Of a DNA stretch of 64,000 bases, positions 9,751 to 20,549 are shown piece after piece (the first letter of the stretch is position 1; every line of letters starts with the position of its first letter). The stretch lies in NCBI GenBank assembly GCA_900299205.1, contig OMIW01000062.1:8770-72769 (forward strand), given 5' to 3'. The position numbers and the translations under genes were made by a program. A model generated the notes under the pieces. It worked only from the letters and a program-made list of their open reading frames with translations. It was not told the origin of the DNA and ran no database searches. The DNA is from Pseudomonadota bacterium. GTDB taxonomy: Bacteria > Bdellovibrionota_C > UBA2361 > OMIW01.

Positions 9751-11859
9751 TCAAACGAGCAAGGCCCGCTGAATGCGCGTTATCTTATCACGAAGCTCGG
9801 CAGCACGCTCATACTCTCTCTTTCCTGCCGCTTCGAGCATCTCTTTTCTGAGCCCCTCCACCACTTTCTGCTGAGCCTGAGGATCTGCGGGGGGTGGCTC
9901 ATCGAGCGTCACGATCTCTCCCGTCTCAGGGTCGATCAGCTCCTCAATCACCGTGGTGAGGGCCCCCTCAAGCCCCCGCCGCGCGGATTGCGGCACGATG
10001 CCGTGCTCCGCGTTATACGCCGCCTGAATTGTTCGTCTCCGCTCCGTTTCCCGAATTGCTCCCTTAATTGAATCGGTCTCCCGATCAGCGTACATGATCA
10101 CCCGACCATGCACGTTTCTCGCTGCTCGTCCCATCGTTTGTATCAGGGACCGTTCGGAGCGAAGAAATCCCTCTTTATCTGCGTCGAGTATCGCGACAAG
10201 TTGAACTTCGACGAGATCAAGCCCTTCCCGCAGCAGATTGATCCCAACAAGGACATCAAAATCCCCCCGGCGCAGCCCCCGCAAAATCTCCACCCGCTCT
10301 ACCGTATTTATATCGGCGTGCAGATAGCGAGAGCGGATCCCAACTCCCTGGAGGTACGTGGTGAGATCTTCAGCCATACGCTTGGTGAGAGTGGTGACAA
10401 GCACCCGCCCCCCGCGATCGACAACCTCTCGCGCCTCATTGAGGAGATCATCGACCTGATGAAGAGCTGGTCGCACAGAGACTTCTGGATCAAGCAACCC
10501 AGTCGGACGATTTATCTGCTCGACAACATGCGCTCCACTCTCCGACAGCTCAAAATCCGCTGGTGTCGCCGAGACAAAGACCACCTGACCAACCCGCTCC
10601 CAGAACTCTTCACCACTAAGAGGCCGATTATCAAGCGCGGACGGGAGTCGAAAGCCGTAATCCACGAGGGTTTGCTTTCGCGCCCTATCGCCCCGATACA
10701 TAGCACCAATCTGTGGCACCGTAACGTGGCTTTCATCGATAAAGAGGAGAAATCCTTTTGGAAAATAATCAAGAAGAGTCGATGGTGGAGTGCCCGGCTG
10801 TCGTTGATCGAGATGTCTGGAATAGTTCTCAATCCCTGGGCAAAAACCTATCTCAAAGAGCAGCTCAAGATCATACAGCGTCCGCTGTTCGAGCCGTTGA
10901 GCCTCAAAATCCTTCCCCCCACTTCGCAGCTCCGCCAGTCGTATATCCAATTCCGCCCTGATGCTCTCAGCAGCCGCTATCACTTTCTCTCGAGCAGTGA
11001 CAAAGTGACTGACCGGATAGACCGCGGTGCTCGCAAGCTTGCGGAGAACGACCCCCGATATACCATCAATCTGAGCAATCTCTTCGAGTTGATCTCCAAA
11101 AAAAATCAGTCGTATCGCGTGAGCGTCCTGATCAGAGGGAAAGACATCTATCGTCTCCCCTCGAACCCGGAAAGTTCCCCGATAAAAATCATTATCAGAA
11201 CGAACATACTGCATCTGGACGAGCTTCCTGAGCAGTTCCTTTCGGTTGATCCATTCCCCTTGCTCGAGGTAAAGCATCGCTTTAAAGTATTCTTCTGGGG
11301 CTCCGAGACCATATATGCAGCTCACACTCGCGACGATAATCACATCGGTGGACTCGAGCAACGCCTTGGTTGCCGCGTGCCGCATCTTATCAATCTCTTC
11401 ATTAATAGCGCTGTCTTTCTCAATATAGGTATCGGTCGATGGGATGTAAGCTTCGGGCTGGTAGTAGTCGTAGTAGCTCACGAAGTAGCGCACCTGATTA
11501 TTCGGAAAGAACTCTCGAAACTCAGCGTAAAGCTGTGCTGCCAACGTTTTGTTCGGCGCGATAATCAGAGCAGGACGGGCTTGTTCACGGATGACATTCG
11601 CCATCGTAAAGGTTTTACCCGAACCGGTGATGCCCCGTAATGTCTGGAACCGCACCCCAGCCGAAAGATCATCCGAGATCCGGCGAATCGCCTGCGGTTG
11701 ATCTCCGCGAGGGGTATATGATGATTCCAGGAGAAAGGCCTCTTGGCGACGAACCGGAAGGGTAAACCCACCGTCTGTCAGTACTCGAGCATTACAATCG
11801 AACTGATTTGAAGGAAGGTGCTGACTAGAACAGGTCGTTGAAGATGACTTTTTTTTCAC
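9751..11859 (-). CDS. uvrB: excinuclease ABC subunit B
   Basis: 702 aa. 'GDQPQAI', Walker A '[15 protein letters not shown]', helicase motifs and the C-terminal UVR domain '[15 protein letters not shown]'. The N-terminal ~35 aa are probably over-extension. Confidence 0.93.
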   Translation of the reverse strand: MKKKSSSTTCSSQHLPSNQFDCNARVLTDGGFTLPVRRQEAFLLESSYTPRGDQPQAIRRISDDLSAGVRFQTLRGITGSGKTFTMANVIREQARPALIIAPNKTLAAQLYAEFREFFPNNQVRYFVSYYDYYQPEAYIPSTDTYIEKDSAINEEIDKMRHAATKALLESTDVIIVASVSCIYGLGAPEEYFKAMLYLEQGEWINRKELLRKLVQMQYVRSDNDFYRGTFRVRGETIDVFPSDQDAHAIRLIFFGDQLEEIAQIDGISGVVLRKLASTAVYPVSHFVTAREKVIAAAESIRAELDIRLAELRSGGKDFEAQRLEQRTLYDLELLFEIGFCPGIENYSRHLDQRQPGTPPSTLLDYFPKGFLLFIDESHVTVPQIGAMYRGDRARKQTLVDYGFRLPSALDNRPLSGEEFWERVGQVVFVSATPADFELSESGAHVVEQINRPTGLLDPEVSVRPALHQVDDLLNEAREVVDRGGRVLVTTLTKRMAEDLTTYLQGVGIRSRYLHADINTVERVEILRGLRRGDFDVLVGINLLREGLDLVEVQLVAILDADKEGFLRSERSLIQTMGRAARNVHGRVIMYADRETDSIKGAIRETERRRTIQAAYNAEHGIVPQSARRGLEGALTTVIEELIDPETGEIVTLDEPPPADPQAQQKVVEGLRKEMLEAAGKREYERAAELRDKITRIQRALLV

Positions 11860-12088
11860 TGCACAACAACGCCTTATGAACAGGCGCGAAATTCTAATTT
11901 ATTCTTAACGACCGTGGGGAATCCGTGCTTGAACGAATTGCAACCCTGAAAAGTGTCGTGCTGCAACGACTGGTCACACAGACCAAATCATCATATCCGC
12001 GACTCTGTCCGCCGAGAGTCGCCCTGGAAGGACCACTAATGGCTCCTTAGGACCAACTAGTCAGCACCACAGCAACTTAGTACCACGG

Positions 12089-12298
12089 CTACTTAGCACC
12101 AACGGTAGGATTCGGCTCCGGTACCACCGAATATTCTACTTGCCCCGTAGGCTTTCCTTTACCGCCATAATCGAAAGTATTTCGCTTGCACCCGCCGACA
12201 AGTACGAGGACAGCAAGACCTAATATGAGGCGGGCCCATAACCCCATCGAATGAGCTTGTGTGGACATACGCTGCGACTCTCCTTTAAGCCTTTTCAA
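12089..12298 (-). CDS. small putative lipoprotein (signal peptide + lipobox LVGGC)
   Basis: 69-aa ORF with 'LILGLAVLVLVGGC'. The true start may be an internal Met. No similarity recognised, and the C-terminus overlaps the repeat-containing uvrB upstream region. Confidence 0.3.
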   Translation of the reverse strand: MKRLKGESQRMSTQAHSMGLWARLILGLAVLVLVGGCKRNTFDYGGKGKPTGQVEYSVVPEPNPTVGAK

Positions 12299-12416
12299 AA
12301 TCGGCCGACCCCTTGCTGCTTCTCCATCGCTCCACGATTACCGGAGCAGGTTCGTCGGGGCCTTTCCTGTGACCACGTTCTCTCTATCGATGTACGAGCG
12401 GTTGATTTGTATCGAA

Positions 12417-12500
12417 TGCCCAGGGGGAGACTCGAACTCCCACACCTTTCGGCACATGAACCTGAATCATGCCTGTCTACCAATTTCAGCACCTGGGCGT
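12417..12500 (-). tRNA. tRNA-Leu (anticodon CAG), long variable arm
   Basis: Reverse complement gives GCCCAGGTGCTGAAATTGGTAGACAGGCATGATTCAGGTTCATG...GGGAGTTCGAGTCTCCCCCTGGGCA. Anticodon stem catga/tcatg with loop ttCAGgt. Confidence 0.85.
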
Positions 12501-12601
12501 ATCGTTGCGCTTCGTCGCGAATGATACCAGATGACCCTTTAACACTCAACTCTCTCATTCCGGCCACCCTTCCGGGCAGCATCCGCTTCTAGACAGGCGA
12601 T

Positions 12602-12657
12602 GTGGAGGGAGAAAAAAACCTCTCTTTTTTTGGAATCATTATTGCCGCTCCCTCCAC
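12602..12657. terminator. nested hairpin downstream of minE (10-bp GC-rich outer stem gtggagggag/ctccctccac enclosing an A7/T7 inner hairpin)
   Basis: Inverted repeats read directly. No clean U-tract follows on the minus strand, so the terminator function is uncertain. Confidence 0.3.
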
Positions 12658-12672
12658 ATGCGCTGACGAGAA

Positions 12673-12990
12673 TTAAGATTTCTTCGAGACCTGCCCCTCC
12701 TTCTCAACTTCCTTTTCATGGTCCCGCTTTTCACTCTCTCGTCGAACAATGATCGGCGAGTTGATAAGGAGTGTCGTCGCATCATCGGTCCGTTGATAAT
12801 TAACATCGAAACCAGACTCATCGATTACGAAATACTTCTGTATCACCTCCATCATCTCGCGCCGAAACTGCGCAAGTTCTTCATTCGGTAACCCCGCCCT
12901 GTCTTGGACCAAAACTAACTGGAGCCGACTTTTTGCGACGACATTACTTTTGCGACGAGCCTGAAATAAATCCCTAATAGTTGCGAACAC
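12673..12990 (-). CDS. minE: cell division topological specificity factor MinE
   Basis: 105 aa. N-terminal 'MFATIRDLFQARRKSNVVAKSRLQLVLVQDRAGL' matches the MinE anti-MinCD helix motif. Located downstream of minD. Confidence 0.8.
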   Translation of the reverse strand: MFATIRDLFQARRKSNVVAKSRLQLVLVQDRAGLPNEELAQFRREMMEVIQKYFVIDESGFDVNYQRTDDATTLLINSPIIVRRESEKRDHEKEVEKEGQVSKKS

Positions 12991-13041
12991 AATTACCCCC
13001 TTTTGGATGAAAGAAAAACTACCTCGGCACAGGTCTCACTC

Positions 13042-13881
13042 CTACGCTCCGAGCCGACGAGCGAGCCTATGCCAAATCGATTTTGGCGCCAAATGCTCAA
13101 GAGGGATATTTTCTCCACTCAGGCGACCAGCAATTCGATCAAATGACTGCCCTGCCTTTGATTTCGAATTGTAAACGACAGGTTCACCATTATTTGCCGC
13201 TATGATTATCGTGTCATCCCGTTCAACTACACCTAACAATTCAACACCGAGAATATCTTGGACATCGGTGATCGAGATCATATCCCCTTTCCGAACTAAA
13301 TCGGGATCAAGGCGATTGATCAGTAACATCGGCTCCACTCCTTTCGAATTGAGCAATCCAATAACGCGATCTGCATCCCGAATTGCTGACACCTCGGGAG
13401 TCGTCACGACCACCGCTCGATCGGCGCCTGCACACGCATTTCGAAAGCCCTGCTCTATACCGGCAGGAGAGTCAACGAGGATGAAATGAAACTCCCGCTT
13501 GAAAAAGGCGAGTACTTTTCGCATATCCTCCTCACCGATAACATCTTTGTCATCAGTCTGAGAGGCCGGGAGAAGATAGAGATTATTTGACTTCTTGGAT
13601 TTTATCGTCGCTTGAGTCGGTTTGCACGTTTCCCGCGCAACATCAACAAGATTGTAAACGATACGATTCTCCAAACCCAGGATGACATCAAGGTTGCGCA
13701 GGCCGATATCAGCATCGATTACCAGAGTCCGTTTTCCGCGCAAAGCAAGGGCAGCTCCCAGCGTCGCCGTTGTCGTGGTCTTTCCCACCCCACCTTTTCC
13801 GGAGGTCACCACCACCACCTGCGCTTGGCCCTTTTTTGGCAGCGCTGCGCTCGCCTTTTCCCCCGTTATTTCTTCGACCAT
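13042..13881 (-). CDS. minD: septum site-determining ATPase MinD
   Basis: 279 aa. Deviant Walker A 'GKGGVGKTTTTATLG' and 'LVIDADIGLRNLD'. Confidence 0.93.
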   Translation of the reverse strand: MVEEITGEKASAALPKKGQAQVVVVTSGKGGVGKTTTTATLGAALALRGKRTLVIDADIGLRNLDVILGLENRIVYNLVDVARETCKPTQATIKSKKSNNLYLLPASQTDDKDVIGEEDMRKVLAFFKREFHFILVDSPAGIEQGFRNACAGADRAVVVTTPEVSAIRDADRVIGLLNSKGVEPMLLINRLDPDLVRKGDMISITDVQDILGVELLGVVERDDTIIIAANNGEPVVYNSKSKAGQSFDRIAGRLSGENIPLEHLAPKSIWHRLARRLGA

Positions 13882-13979
13882 ATTATCTCCCTTCGTTTAC
13901 ACCTTGGCTTGCCCTAAGACCTGATGCAGCACCTGATACGAGATAGACTCGACTCAAACACCTCCACCACCTTCCCGAA

Positions 13980-14900
13980 TCATCCCCGCCCCCCTCTCTG
14001 TACGATCACTCGCGGGTGATACTTCTCCACGACGATGAGATCCCCATCGACTCGCGCGATCTCTGGCCCAGACTCTCCTGAGCTTGCGCGCCCATTACTC
14101 CTGCTAATAACCGAGCCTATCCGAAGCTGAGTCGGCTGCAGACTCAACGCCACTATAAATGCCGGACCATCTGATTCCTCGAAGGCTCCCGCATGAGCCA
14201 ATCCTCTGAGACTCCCCAACACCACTACGTGCCCACCCGACACCACTTCAGCTCCAGAATTAACATCACCGAGCACCACCACGGTATGCTCAGACTCAAC
14301 ACGCTGCCCGGAACGGAGGGTAGAGCATACCACCTTTGCATTTGCATCATCCCAGGGCGCCACAACACACTCCGGAGATTCGGTTATCGGAGCGGCCCTT
14401 TCTTGATCGAACGTACCCACACCTGAAAAGAGAGAGTGAGGCGCTAATTCCTTATTAAGCTCGATTGATCCAGCAAGAGGGATGGTCGTACGGCTTCCTC
14501 CAAGCGACAGAGAACCGTCTTTCGAGGACCTTTTTCCTGACACTAATTCCCGAACCGGTCGGACCCTAACCTCAAAATCCCTCAACACAACATCCTGAAT
14601 CCGATCTATATCCAGCTCTGAGGGAAGGCCATTAACCCATTCGACTACTACCTCCTGACCCGAGACGAATCGATGCCTAACCACGAGAAAGTCCCGCAAT
14701 TCATCCTCAAGTGCACCAAGGCCCTGCGAGATATCAAGACGAAGCACGAGCCCCTCCTTTGTTCCCCGAGCTACCACCAATCCAGCGTCACCTCCGAGAT
14801 CACTACCCTCACGACTCGCCGAATCTCCGCGCTGTCGGGGGGTTGTCGCCACTGATGCTTCCTTTTCTGTCGTGCTTCCCGTATCCATCAATCCCTGCAT
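13980..14900 (-). CDS. minC: septum site-determining protein MinC
   Basis: 306 aa. Gly-rich C-terminal beta-helix segment 'VVVLGDVNSGAEVVSGGHVVVLGSLRG'. Positioned upstream of minD and minE. Confidence 0.75.
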   Translation of the reverse strand: MQGLMDTGSTTEKEASVATTPRQRGDSASREGSDLGGDAGLVVARGTKEGLVLRLDISQGLGALEDELRDFLVVRHRFVSGQEVVVEWVNGLPSELDIDRIQDVVLRDFEVRVRPVRELVSGKRSSKDGSLSLGGSRTTIPLAGSIELNKELAPHSLFSGVGTFDQERAAPITESPECVVAPWDDANAKVVCSTLRSGQRVESEHTVVVLGDVNSGAEVVSGGHVVVLGSLRGLAHAGAFEESDGPAFIVALSLQPTQLRIGSVISRSNGRASSGESGPEIARVDGDLIVVEKYHPRVIVQRGGRG

Positions 14901-15307
14901 AATTGCTGAGGTAAGCCAAAGCTGCAGTGAAAGGCACGCTCGCTCATTTTTTTTGCGAACACCCCAAACCCGACAGCCATGAGAAGTCTAATCTCTATTG
15001 CCTGTGCATATCCGCTAGTCACCGCGATTGCCCCACTGTATGATGAAAGGTAGCTAACGAGGCTATAGTTCGGACAAACACCTGTAAACCCTGTCACTAC
15101 CTGTAAACCTGCCACGATCAAACTCTCCCGCCAGAGGTCAATCCAGCGGTCAGTCTGGTCGGTGCCACGGAGGCTCGGATAACTCCGAGTGCTGGATGCC
15201 CACAAGGCTTCAGCAGTTTTAATCCGGATATGTGGCCTTACTTTAAGTGACTTATACCAAGCCTCCCAAAGACCGTCAATGAGAAAGTAACCCATCGACG
15301 GTACCAA
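14888..15307 (-). CDS. hypothetical protein (partly hydrophobic)
   Basis: 139-aa ORF in a dense gene region. No family recognised. Confidence 0.3.
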   Translation of the reverse strand: MVPSMGYFLIDGLWEAWYKSLKVRPHIRIKTAEALWASSTRSYPSLRGTDQTDRWIDLWRESLIVAGLQVVTGFTGVCPNYSLVSYLSSYSGAIAVTSGYAQAIEIRLLMAVGFGVFAKKMSERAFHCSFGLPQQLCRD

Positions 15308-15342
15308 TCAATTGAAAGGCTCAACGTCTGCTTCCCAAAAAC

Positions 15343-15846
15343 TTGGTCCAATTTTTTATGTACCTCTTCATGGCCTTCTCCACCTTTGCCCGAATAATCG
15401 CATCGGGTTTCGGCTCAGGTTACATTCCGAAATCACCCGGGACCATGGGAAGCCTCGCGGCGTCGGTCGCATGGGTCGTCTTGGCTCCCCTCAATTTAGT
15501 TCAATCCATACTTTATATTTTAGCACTCGGATTGATTGGATACCTCGCCTCATCCCATGTGATGTCGGTATCGGAAGGGGGTGCCGATCATCGAATAACG
15601 GATCCTCAATGGATCGTCATAGATGAATGGTGCGGTATGTGGATTGCCCTTGTGTGCTGCCCAGAGCGCAGCTTTCTCTGGGTCGGACTTGCATTCTGTC
15701 TGTTTCGTTTCTTCGATATCTGCAAAATTGGCCCTATAGGGTGGGCAGAGCGGGCTCCTGGCGCGCTTGGCGTCATGCTCGATGACGTTGTGGCGGGAAG
15801 CTGCGCTGGAGTGTGTCTCCTTGGAATACACTTTCTCCGAGGATAA
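15343..15846 (+). CDS. pgpA: phosphatidylglycerophosphatase A
   Basis: 167 aa. 'ASGFGSGYIPKSPGTMGSLAA' matches the PgpA signature; the protein is multi-TM. Confidence 0.8.
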   Translation: MVQFFMYLFMAFSTFARIIASGFGSGYIPKSPGTMGSLAASVAWVVLAPLNLVQSILYILALGLIGYLASSHVMSVSEGGADHRITDPQWIVIDEWCGMWIALVCCPERSFLWVGLAFCLFRFFDICKIGPIGWAERAPGALGVMLDDVVAGSCAGVCLLGIHFLRG

Positions 15847-16940
15847 TGAGGGTCATGAGCCAATCGCTTTTTGTTAACCTCTTTCGCTCGAGCCTCCTGA
15901 CCTGCTTGCTTGCTCCCTCTCTATCTGGGTGCAATCCACTGTATGTGGTAGAGGCCGCATACCATCAGGGTCGCATTCTTCTTAAGCGACAACCCGTTGA
16001 CGAAGTACTCGATACCCACTCTTTAAACCCTGCAGAATCTCATGCATTATCTCTCGTACCTCAGGCGCGAAGTTATGCAGAACAACGGGGTCTCACCGTA
16101 GGAAAAGCCTTCACTTCCTTCTCGCCACTCGAGAACGACAACCTCGTGTGGGTTGTCATGGGATGTAAACCTGACTCATTCACCCTCAAGCAATGGTGGT
16201 TTCCTATCGTCGGAACCGTCCCCTACAAGGGATTTTTCTCCAAATCAGATGCCCTGGCAGCATCAGAGAGGCTCAACGATGATGGATTTGAGACCTTCGT
16301 GAGGGGAGCAGCGGCTTTCAGCACCCTCGGCTGGTTCGATGACCCCGTCCTCACTCCGCTATTAAAGAATCCACCGAGTGTAGTGGTGAATACCATCCTG
16401 CACGAGCTGGTACACCGAACCGTCTGGTTCCCCAATTACACCGCATTCAATGAGAGCCTCGCAAACTTCATCGGACACGCCGAAACAGGACCTTTTTTTT
16501 CTAATCAGGAGCCTCGCAACGAGAGCCTTGTAGCCGATTCGAATCTCCGTCTCCGTCAGGAAATAACCATCTCATCCCTGAGTGAAGAGTTGTATGACTT
16601 ACTCACTATCATTTATAAGTCCCCCGCGACGAGAGAGGAGAAACTCGCAAAAAAAAGGGAGGCTTTTACCGCAGCCGCGAGGAAAGCGCGGCATCTTGGT
16701 ATTGATTTTCCGCTTTTTGAACGGGCGAACAATGCGGAGTTTATGCAATTTTTTATTTACGTTCGACATCTAGAGCTATTTGACGCACTCTACCGGGGCG
16801 AGCAGGGAGATCTGCCACGATTCATCGCTCGCATCGAAGCATTTCACGATATTATTGAGCGGGACCAGATTGAGGAATCAAACATCTTCGACTCCTTTGA
16901 ACAATTCGTTCGTATGACCGTCTCAGAACAGCCCTCGTAA
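15846..16940 (+). CDS. lipoprotein zinc metallopeptidase (predicted aminopeptidase family, HExxH)
   Basis: Signal peptide plus lipobox 'LLAPSLSGC'. Zinc-binding motif 'ILHELVHRTVWF'. The start is probably the Met at 15846 or 15855, since ORF-track start 15813 overlaps pgpA. Confidence 0.55.
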   Translation: MRVMSQSLFVNLFRSSLLTCLLAPSLSGCNPLYVVEAAYHQGRILLKRQPVDEVLDTHSLNPAESHALSLVPQARSYAEQRGLTVGKAFTSFSPLENDNLVWVVMGCKPDSFTLKQWWFPIVGTVPYKGFFSKSDALAASERLNDDGFETFVRGAAAFSTLGWFDDPVLTPLLKNPPSVVVNTILHELVHRTVWFPNYTAFNESLANFIGHAETGPFFSNQEPRNESLVADSNLRLRQEITISSLSEELYDLLTIIYKSPATREEKLAKKREAFTAAARKARHLGIDFPLFERANNAEFMQFFIYVRHLELFDALYRGEQGDLPRFIARIEAFHDIIERDQIEESNIFDSFEQFVRMTVSEQPS

Positions 16941-16963
16941 CGCGCACGGTAGCAAGGCACCCT

Positions 16964-17941
16964 ATGTTTGTAGACAATATCACGAAAAGAATATCGACCA
17001 TAAACAGCCTCTTATGTGCAGGCTTCGATCCCACCTTCGCCTCACTACCCGCCTTCGCTCTGAGTGAGGCCACGAGAGAGTCCAATCAAGAGGGCTTTCT
17101 TTATAAGGTCCTGATGGAAACCTTCACTGCTGCCCTTGAGGGACTGACACCCCTCGTGGCATGCGTGAAACCAAACGCAGCATTTTTTGAGCAATTTGGC
17201 GTTGGTGGTTATCGCGCGCTCAGAGATATAGCCGGCCTCTGCAAGAGAGCTGGTGTACCCGTTATCCTCGATGCCAAACGGGGGGATATCGCGTCATCTG
17301 CGCTCGCTTATGCCAACGCATATCTTGAACCGCACACGATTAATGGAGAACCGGTTGAGGTAGTATACGCTGATGCGCTTACTATCAATCCGTTTCTCGG
17401 CTTTGACACCCTCATTCCGTTCATAGAGTCGTGCTCGAGGCAAGGTAAGGGGGTTTTCATCCTCGTTAAAACGTCAAATCCGGGCTCGCAGGACATCCAA
17501 GATTATCCACTCAATGAGGCCACGATAAGAGATGTAACATCCCCCTGGCAGGCTAACAACTTGGATTCGATATCAATGCGAATCGCTCGTGAGGTAGCCC
17601 GGCTCGGTGAGCAGTTAGTCGGTGAATCCGGCCTTTCCTCGGTGGGTGCCGTCATAGGCGCCACTCATCCTGACGAGGCAGTGCTCCTGAGGACCCTGAT
17701 GCCCCGCGCAATCTTTCTCGTACCCGGTTTTGGCGCCCAAGGCGGAAGCGCTGAGCAGGCGACGGCGGGGCTTATATCCTCTCGCAGTGGCACCCTCGTA
17801 AATATGTCCCGCGGACTATTCCATTTAGACTCTCAACTCTCTCGCCGAGACTGGATTGAAGAGCTCACCAGGCGAGCAACCGAGGCAAATAGACAACTGG
17901 TGGTCGCCGCAGACCTCCATCCTCAAGCTAGGAATTTATAG
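16964..17941 (+). CDS. pyrF: orotidine 5'-phosphate decarboxylase (type 2, long form)
   Basis: 325 aa. 'VACVKPNAAFFEQFG', 'VILDAKRGDIASSA' (substrate-binding Lys/Asp), 'LFLVPGFGAQGG'. Confidence 0.85.
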   Translation: MFVDNITKRISTINSLLCAGFDPTFASLPAFALSEATRESNQEGFLYKVLMETFTAALEGLTPLVACVKPNAAFFEQFGVGGYRALRDIAGLCKRAGVPVILDAKRGDIASSALAYANAYLEPHTINGEPVEVVYADALTINPFLGFDTLIPFIESCSRQGKGVFILVKTSNPGSQDIQDYPLNEATIRDVTSPWQANNLDSISMRIAREVARLGEQLVGESGLSSVGAVIGATHPDEAVLLRTLMPRAIFLVPGFGAQGGSAEQATAGLISSRSGTLVNMSRGLFHLDSQLSRRDWIEELTRRATEANRQLVVAADLHPQARNL

Positions 17942-18024
17942 CGAACTTTTTCAACTGAGCCTCGTTGATCGGGGGTAAAACTGGAAGACACCCGTTCCCA
18001 GCTATCAACGGGTCATCCGATCAG

Positions 18025-18465
18025 TCAGGGGCGAATCGCAAAACCGACACCTTCAAGTTCACTCGCCAGAACGCCGTAGGTACGGCTCACAAGCAGGCGA
18101 GTGCTTGGTGCATCTGCGGCTGCTTCCAATGCAAGCCATTGCTCAGAGAGCTCCCCCATAGCGGGACGAGATGTGTAGCCCGCATAACTTGCCAGCTCAC
18201 CTAACGAGCGGCCTATCTGTTGATATCTATCGGCAGCAACGGCGCTTCCAGAGGCGCCGACCACCTTCAGCGAATCAACAACAGACCTGAGAGGAACGGA
18301 GGCAAACTCAGTCTGCTCAACTTCACTTGATACGTATGCTTGGGAGAATCGCGCCTCTGCGTTGCCCGCAACATCACTGAGAGAGTTAGTCTCACCGCGG
18401 GGATTGCACCCAATTGCCCCAAGCCCTGCAGCCAGCAAAACCGAAAAAACTGATCGACTATTCAT
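18025..18465 (-). CDS. hypothetical lipoprotein
   Basis: 146 aa. Signal peptide with lipobox 'AAGLGAIGC'. No family recognised. Confidence 0.4.
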   Translation of the reverse strand: MNSRSVFSVLLAAGLGAIGCNPRGETNSLSDVAGNAEARFSQAYVSSEVEQTEFASVPLRSVVDSLKVVGASGSAVAADRYQQIGRSLGELASYAGYTSRPAMGELSEQWLALEAAADAPSTRLLVSRTYGVLASELEGVGFAIRP

Positions 18466-18669
18466 GTTTAGTAATTTTTAAAAAAGGGAGCCTAGACCCC
18501 GAAGATAAAGGTTCGGTAAGACGCTCCTCACACCTTCCCGAATAATGCACGAATACAGGCGACAGGTCGAGATATTGCGTACAGTCAATCGACAGATGCA
18601 TTCGGGTACTCCAAGACCAACGGAGATGACAAAGGTGCGCAAATTTCGTATAACCCCGCCACTTTTTCG

Positions 18670-19197
18670 ATGGAGAGATTTATGATCAAACCGGACCATT
18701 GGATAGAGCAATTCGCGGAAAGCGGAGGTATTACCCCGTTTAATCCCGAACAAGTAAACTCTGCCAGTTACGACGTTACCCTCGGTTCGCACTGGATTTG
18801 CCCAACTCGAGATCCAGAGGAGGTGGAGGGGGTTTCATTTACCCTATTTCCAGGGGAGGTCATCCTCGCTACCACAAGAGAGGCCCTTACCATGCCTCGC
18901 GATGTCGTTTGTGATTTAAAACTCAAAAGTTCACTCGGGCGACTCTGGTTAAATCACAGCCTCAGTGGATGGATTGATTGCGGATTCAAGGGCCAGGTGA
19001 CTCTTGAACTTCAAAATCTGGGTCCATACCCCCGTGTCCTTACCTCCGGGATGCGAATCGCGCAGCTCGTGTTCATGGGAATGGAATCTCCTCCTCGCGT
19101 CGCCTATGGCGAGAAAGGGACCGGTCATTATCAGGGGCAGACTGGAGCCACCCGAGCATGGTCGGAACAGTTCTTTCCCGTTAAAGATGGGCGGTAG
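18670..19197 (+). CDS. dcd: dCTP deaminase
   Basis: 175 aa. 'MIKPDHWIEQFAESGGITPFNPEQVNSASYDVTLG' is the Dcd/dUTPase-fold N-terminus. Confidence 0.88.
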   Translation: MERFMIKPDHWIEQFAESGGITPFNPEQVNSASYDVTLGSHWICPTRDPEEVEGVSFTLFPGEVILATTREALTMPRDVVCDLKLKSSLGRLWLNHSLSGWIDCGFKGQVTLELQNLGPYPRVLTSGMRIAQLVFMGMESPPRVAYGEKGTGHYQGQTGATRAWSEQFFPVKDGR

Positions 19198-19436
19198 CGA
19201 GGACGAACCCATCTCCAACGGCCCCCTAGCCCCGAAACTACCCTCGATAACCCGTTTTCTCTTGAGGCACCCTGGATTTCATGGTATGCTCCGCCCCACC
19301 TTCGAAAGAGGTCGTTTCAAGACGATAGGGTTAGCTCTGATGGCCGAGAAGCACTCCACAACATGGAGGCTTTTAACGATAGAGGTCCTAATAAGTCAAA
19401 ACCAGAAGCAATTGAGAACGTATCGAACATAAAGTC

Positions 19437-19700
19437 ATGGCAAATCACAAATCAGCTGAGAAGCGTCACAAACAAAGCCTCGTTCGTCGCCAACGAAATA
19501 GACTCGTGAAGGCGAAGGTCCGAACTGCAGTAAAAAAGGCCCGGGTGGCGATATCCGATAAGGCTGAAGACCTCGCACCGCAGCTTAGACTGGCTGAGAC
19601 TGAACTCGCCAAGGCAGCATCGAAAGGTATCCTCCACAAGAAGACAGCGGCTCGACTTATCAGCCGTTTGGCGAAAAGGGCCTCTGAGTCCACAAGATAA
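19437..19700 (+). CDS. rpsT: 30S ribosomal protein S20
   Basis: 87 aa. 'MANHKSAEKRHKQSLVRRQRNRLVKAKVRTAVKKA'. Confidence 0.92.
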   Translation: MANHKSAEKRHKQSLVRRQRNRLVKAKVRTAVKKARVAISDKAEDLAPQLRLAETELAKAASKGILHKKTAARLISRLAKRASESTR

Positions 19701-19907
19701 TCGACAATGCTTCTTGGGTCCTCAGCTATCGAATAGCGTGGCGTTAGCGTAACAAACACGAACACGCCACTACGAGGCGCATACTAAGGTCGCGACTCGA
19801 AAGGAGGGGCGTTACAATGGACCCATCGTCGCCCCTCGCACGGCCCTACACACAAGCGCCAAATGCCCTCTAGGAATTTTTCCAGTTTCTGCAAAAGGGG
19901 GAATCGC

Positions 19908-20549
19908 CTAAAAACTCGGGGCCACAGCCTCTTCGAAAATTTTACGAGCAGCCGTATCAACGAGGCCTAGTAACGCTGACTGCTGTTGGGACCGAGCCAC
20001 CTCCCTATCGTTAAGACTGAGAACGTCTGATGCGGCCAAACCAGATGACGCAAACTCTGCGGAGCTGGTAACCACGGCCCCTCTAGTCGCCGCCGAACCC
20101 CGGAAAACCCTCATCTCAGGGTTGGTCCACAGCACTTGCCCACTTACCCTCCGAAGAACCCCCGAAACAACCATGGCGTTATCCACTTGCAACGCCTGAT
20201 TAGTCGCTGAGCTGCTCGTCATAGCCCCACTCTGGAATTGCCTAATCCGAACCTCCAAAACTGCATCTGCCTCTGAAAGGTTGTCAACGAGAGATATAAC
20301 CCCACCCCGATCAAACCTATCCCGAAGCGCCTCTGTCAAAGAACCCGAGATACGAGCGTCCGTGGTACTGTTTGATACGCTTGGAATATAAATTTTGCGC
20401 ACTGAGCTGGGGAGAATAGAGGACGACCCCTGAAAGACATACCCACACCCACTAGTGAGAGCAACAACCGCGAGACAGAAAACCTTTGACCACCGCCCCC
20501 TACTCATCGCTCCCCCTTGACCATTTGCGATAAATAGGCTTTCATGCAA
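19908..20549 (-). CDS. lptE: LPS-assembly lipoprotein LptE-like
   Basis: 213 aa. Signal peptide plus lipobox followed by 'TSGCGYVFQG', which matches the LptE N-terminus (SGCGFHLRG-type). Size is appropriate. Confidence 0.45.
   Translation of the reverse strand: MHESLFIANGQGGAMSRGRWSKVFCLAVVALTSGCGYVFQGSSSILPSSVRKIYIPSVSNSTTDARISGSLTEALRDRFDRGGVISLVDNLSEADAVLEVRIRQFQSGAMTSSSATNQALQVDNAMVVSGVLRRVSGQVLWTNPEMRVFRGSAATRGAVVTSSAEFASSGLAASDVLSLNDREVARSQQQSALLGLVDTAARKIFEEAVAPSF

Noticed and set aside
18478-18792. 104-aa minus-strand ORF
   Set aside because: It overlaps the start of dcd on the opposite strand. It has a Cys/Arg-rich low-complexity translation and no support.
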